A stretch of DNA of 61,942 bases from a bacterium (GTDB lineage: Bacteria > CLD3 > SB21): assembly GCA_013360215.1 (NCBI GenBank), contig JABWCP010000022.1, positions 1 to 61,942 on the forward strand, read 5' to 3'. The notes under the pieces were generated by a model. The model saw only the letters and a list, made by a program, of their open reading frames with translations. It was not told the DNA's origin and made no database searches. Positions within the stretch are counted from its first letter, which is position 1, and every line of letters begins with the position of its first letter. The position numbers and the translations under genes are program-made. Below are positions 59,482 to 61,942 of this stretch, one piece after another.

Positions 59482-60673
59482 GGGTCAAAGCTTCCACACC
59501 GGGCAAAATTTTTCCTTCGAGAAATTCGAGAGACGCACCGCCGCCCGTGGACACGTGCGTGACTTGTTTTTCAAGACCCAATTCCGTTATCGCGGCCGCC
59601 GAATCACCGCCGCCGACAATGGTCACCCCGCCTTTTCGTGTTGTTTCGACCAAACTTTCGGCAATGGCTTTTGTGCCTTTAGCAAAATTGGGCATCTCAA
59701 AAACACCCATCGGCCCATTCCACACAACCGTTCCTGCAGAATTAATCTCTTTACGAAACATATCGATCGTAGCCGGGCCGATGTCTAAACCCATCCAGCC
59801 AGACGGTATTTTATCCATCGAAACGGTTTTAATTTCGGTTTCATTTTTAAACTCCGTAGCGACAACGGCATCGACCGGAAACAAAACGCGCGTAGTACCG
59901 CTTTTCGCTCTTTCGATTATAGACTTTGCTAAATCAGCTTTTTCGGCCTCAAAAAGCGAATTACCGATTTCATACCCCATGACTTTGGCAAAAGTAAACG
60001 CCATACCGCCGCCGATAATGATGGTATCCACTTTTTTCATTAGGTTTTCGATCACATCTATTTTACCGGAAATTTTGGCACCGCCGATGATGGCAACAAA
60101 AGGCCGTTTGGGGTTTTGAACCGCATTACCGAGATAACGCAATTCTTTTTCCATAAGGTAACCCGCGATATTTTGTTTGAAATACCGCGTAACGCCCTCG
60201 GTAGATGCATGTGCACGATGTGCTGTGCCAAACGCATCATTGACATAAATGTCGCCAAGCTTGGCCAGTTTTTCAGCAAAAGCGTTATCGTTGGCTTCTT
60301 CTTCATTATAATATCGGAGATTTTCAAGCAACAATACTTGACCTTTGGATAAACCCGCCGCTTGTTTTTCGACGGTATCTCCGATACAATCTTCCGCCAT
60401 TATTACGGGTTGTCCCAAAAGTTCTGAAAGCCTCACTGCGCAAGGTTTTAGAGACATTGCAGGATTTTTTTTACCTTTTGGCCGTCCCAAATGACTCATC
60501 AAAACCGGAATACCGCCATCGCTCAATATCTTCTTTATTGTCGGCAAAGATTCACGAATGCGTGTATCGTCCGTAATGCGGAGTGTGTCGTCCAACGGAA
60601 CATTAAAATCAACCCGTACAAGCACCTTTTTTCCGGCGACATGGACTTGATCCATCGTAAGCTTATTCATCAT
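59474..60673 (-). CDS. pgk: Phosphoglycerate kinase
   Basis: [43 protein letters not shown]. Confidence 0.98.
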   Translation of the reverse strand: MMNKLTMDQVHVAGKKVLVRVDFNVPLDDTLRITDDTRIRESLPTIKKILSDGGIPVLMSHLGRPKGKKNPAMSLKPCAVRLSELLGQPVIMAEDCIGDTVEKQAAGLSKGQVLLLENLRYYNEEEANDNAFAEKLAKLGDIYVNDAFGTAHRAHASTEGVTRYFKQNIAGYLMEKELRYLGNAVQNPKRPFVAIIGGAKISGKIDVIENLMKKVDTIIIGGGMAFTFAKVMGYEIGNSLFEAEKADLAKSIIERAKSGTTRVLFPVDAVVATEFKNETEIKTVSMDKIPSGWMGLDIGPATIDMFRKEINSAGTVVWNGPMGVFEMPNFAKGTKAIAESLVETTRKGGVTIVGGGDSAAAITELGLEKQVTHVSTGGGASLEFLEGKILPGVEALTHA

Positions 60674-60685
60674 CGTTTCGTCCGT

Positions 60686-61826
<1,141 letters not shown>

Positions 61827-61942
61827 CCGAAAATAAGGAAGGCAATGGGAAACGGAAGCAACATCGTACCCCCCTTTGGATAGAAGGGAAAGAAGGATTG
61901 AGATTGGTGATAGAACATTGCAGGAAGTCTTGCGAGCGTAGC

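Overview
A ~62 kb chromosomal window from a diderm bacterium. BamD, LptF/G, rpsF-rpsR-rplI without ssb, a DUF3857/transglutaminase pair, an ino1-phosphatidyltransferase pair and mqnA suggest an FCB-superphylum-like lineage (inference only). Most of the window is core housekeeping: nadD, bamD, prfC, adk, trmB, rpsF/R-rplI, a membrane pyrophosphatase, pth-rplY-prs-tRNA-Gln-ispE, PBP1A, ubiX, rlmB, mqnA and tRNA-Leu-secG-tpiA-pgk-gap. No integrase, transposase, phage gene or CRISPR array was seen. The best candidate for an undescribed system is a six-gene minus-strand operon (35239-42381). It encodes a Tat-exported 4x[4Fe-4S] protein, an NrfD/HybB membrane subunit and a 13-heme cytochrome c, with no catalytic subunit. 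These are coupled to a histidine kinase with periplasmic heme-c motifs and a Cys-rich insert inside its ATPase domain, and to two receiver proteins whose only output is a glycine-cleavage-H-like domain lacking the lipoyl lysine. Other points: (1) an exact 34-bp tandem duplication frameshifts an ~853-aa orphan gene coupled to a class II glutamine amidotransferase; (2) four unannotated small ORFs have good ribosome-binding sites; (3) paired TetR operators, a sigma54 promoter, a consensus promoter inside ispE and a probable S6:S18 leader are readable; (4) a large outer-membrane protein gene sits next to a CHASE2 adenylate cyclase. All family assignments come from motif recognition by eye; no database search was run.
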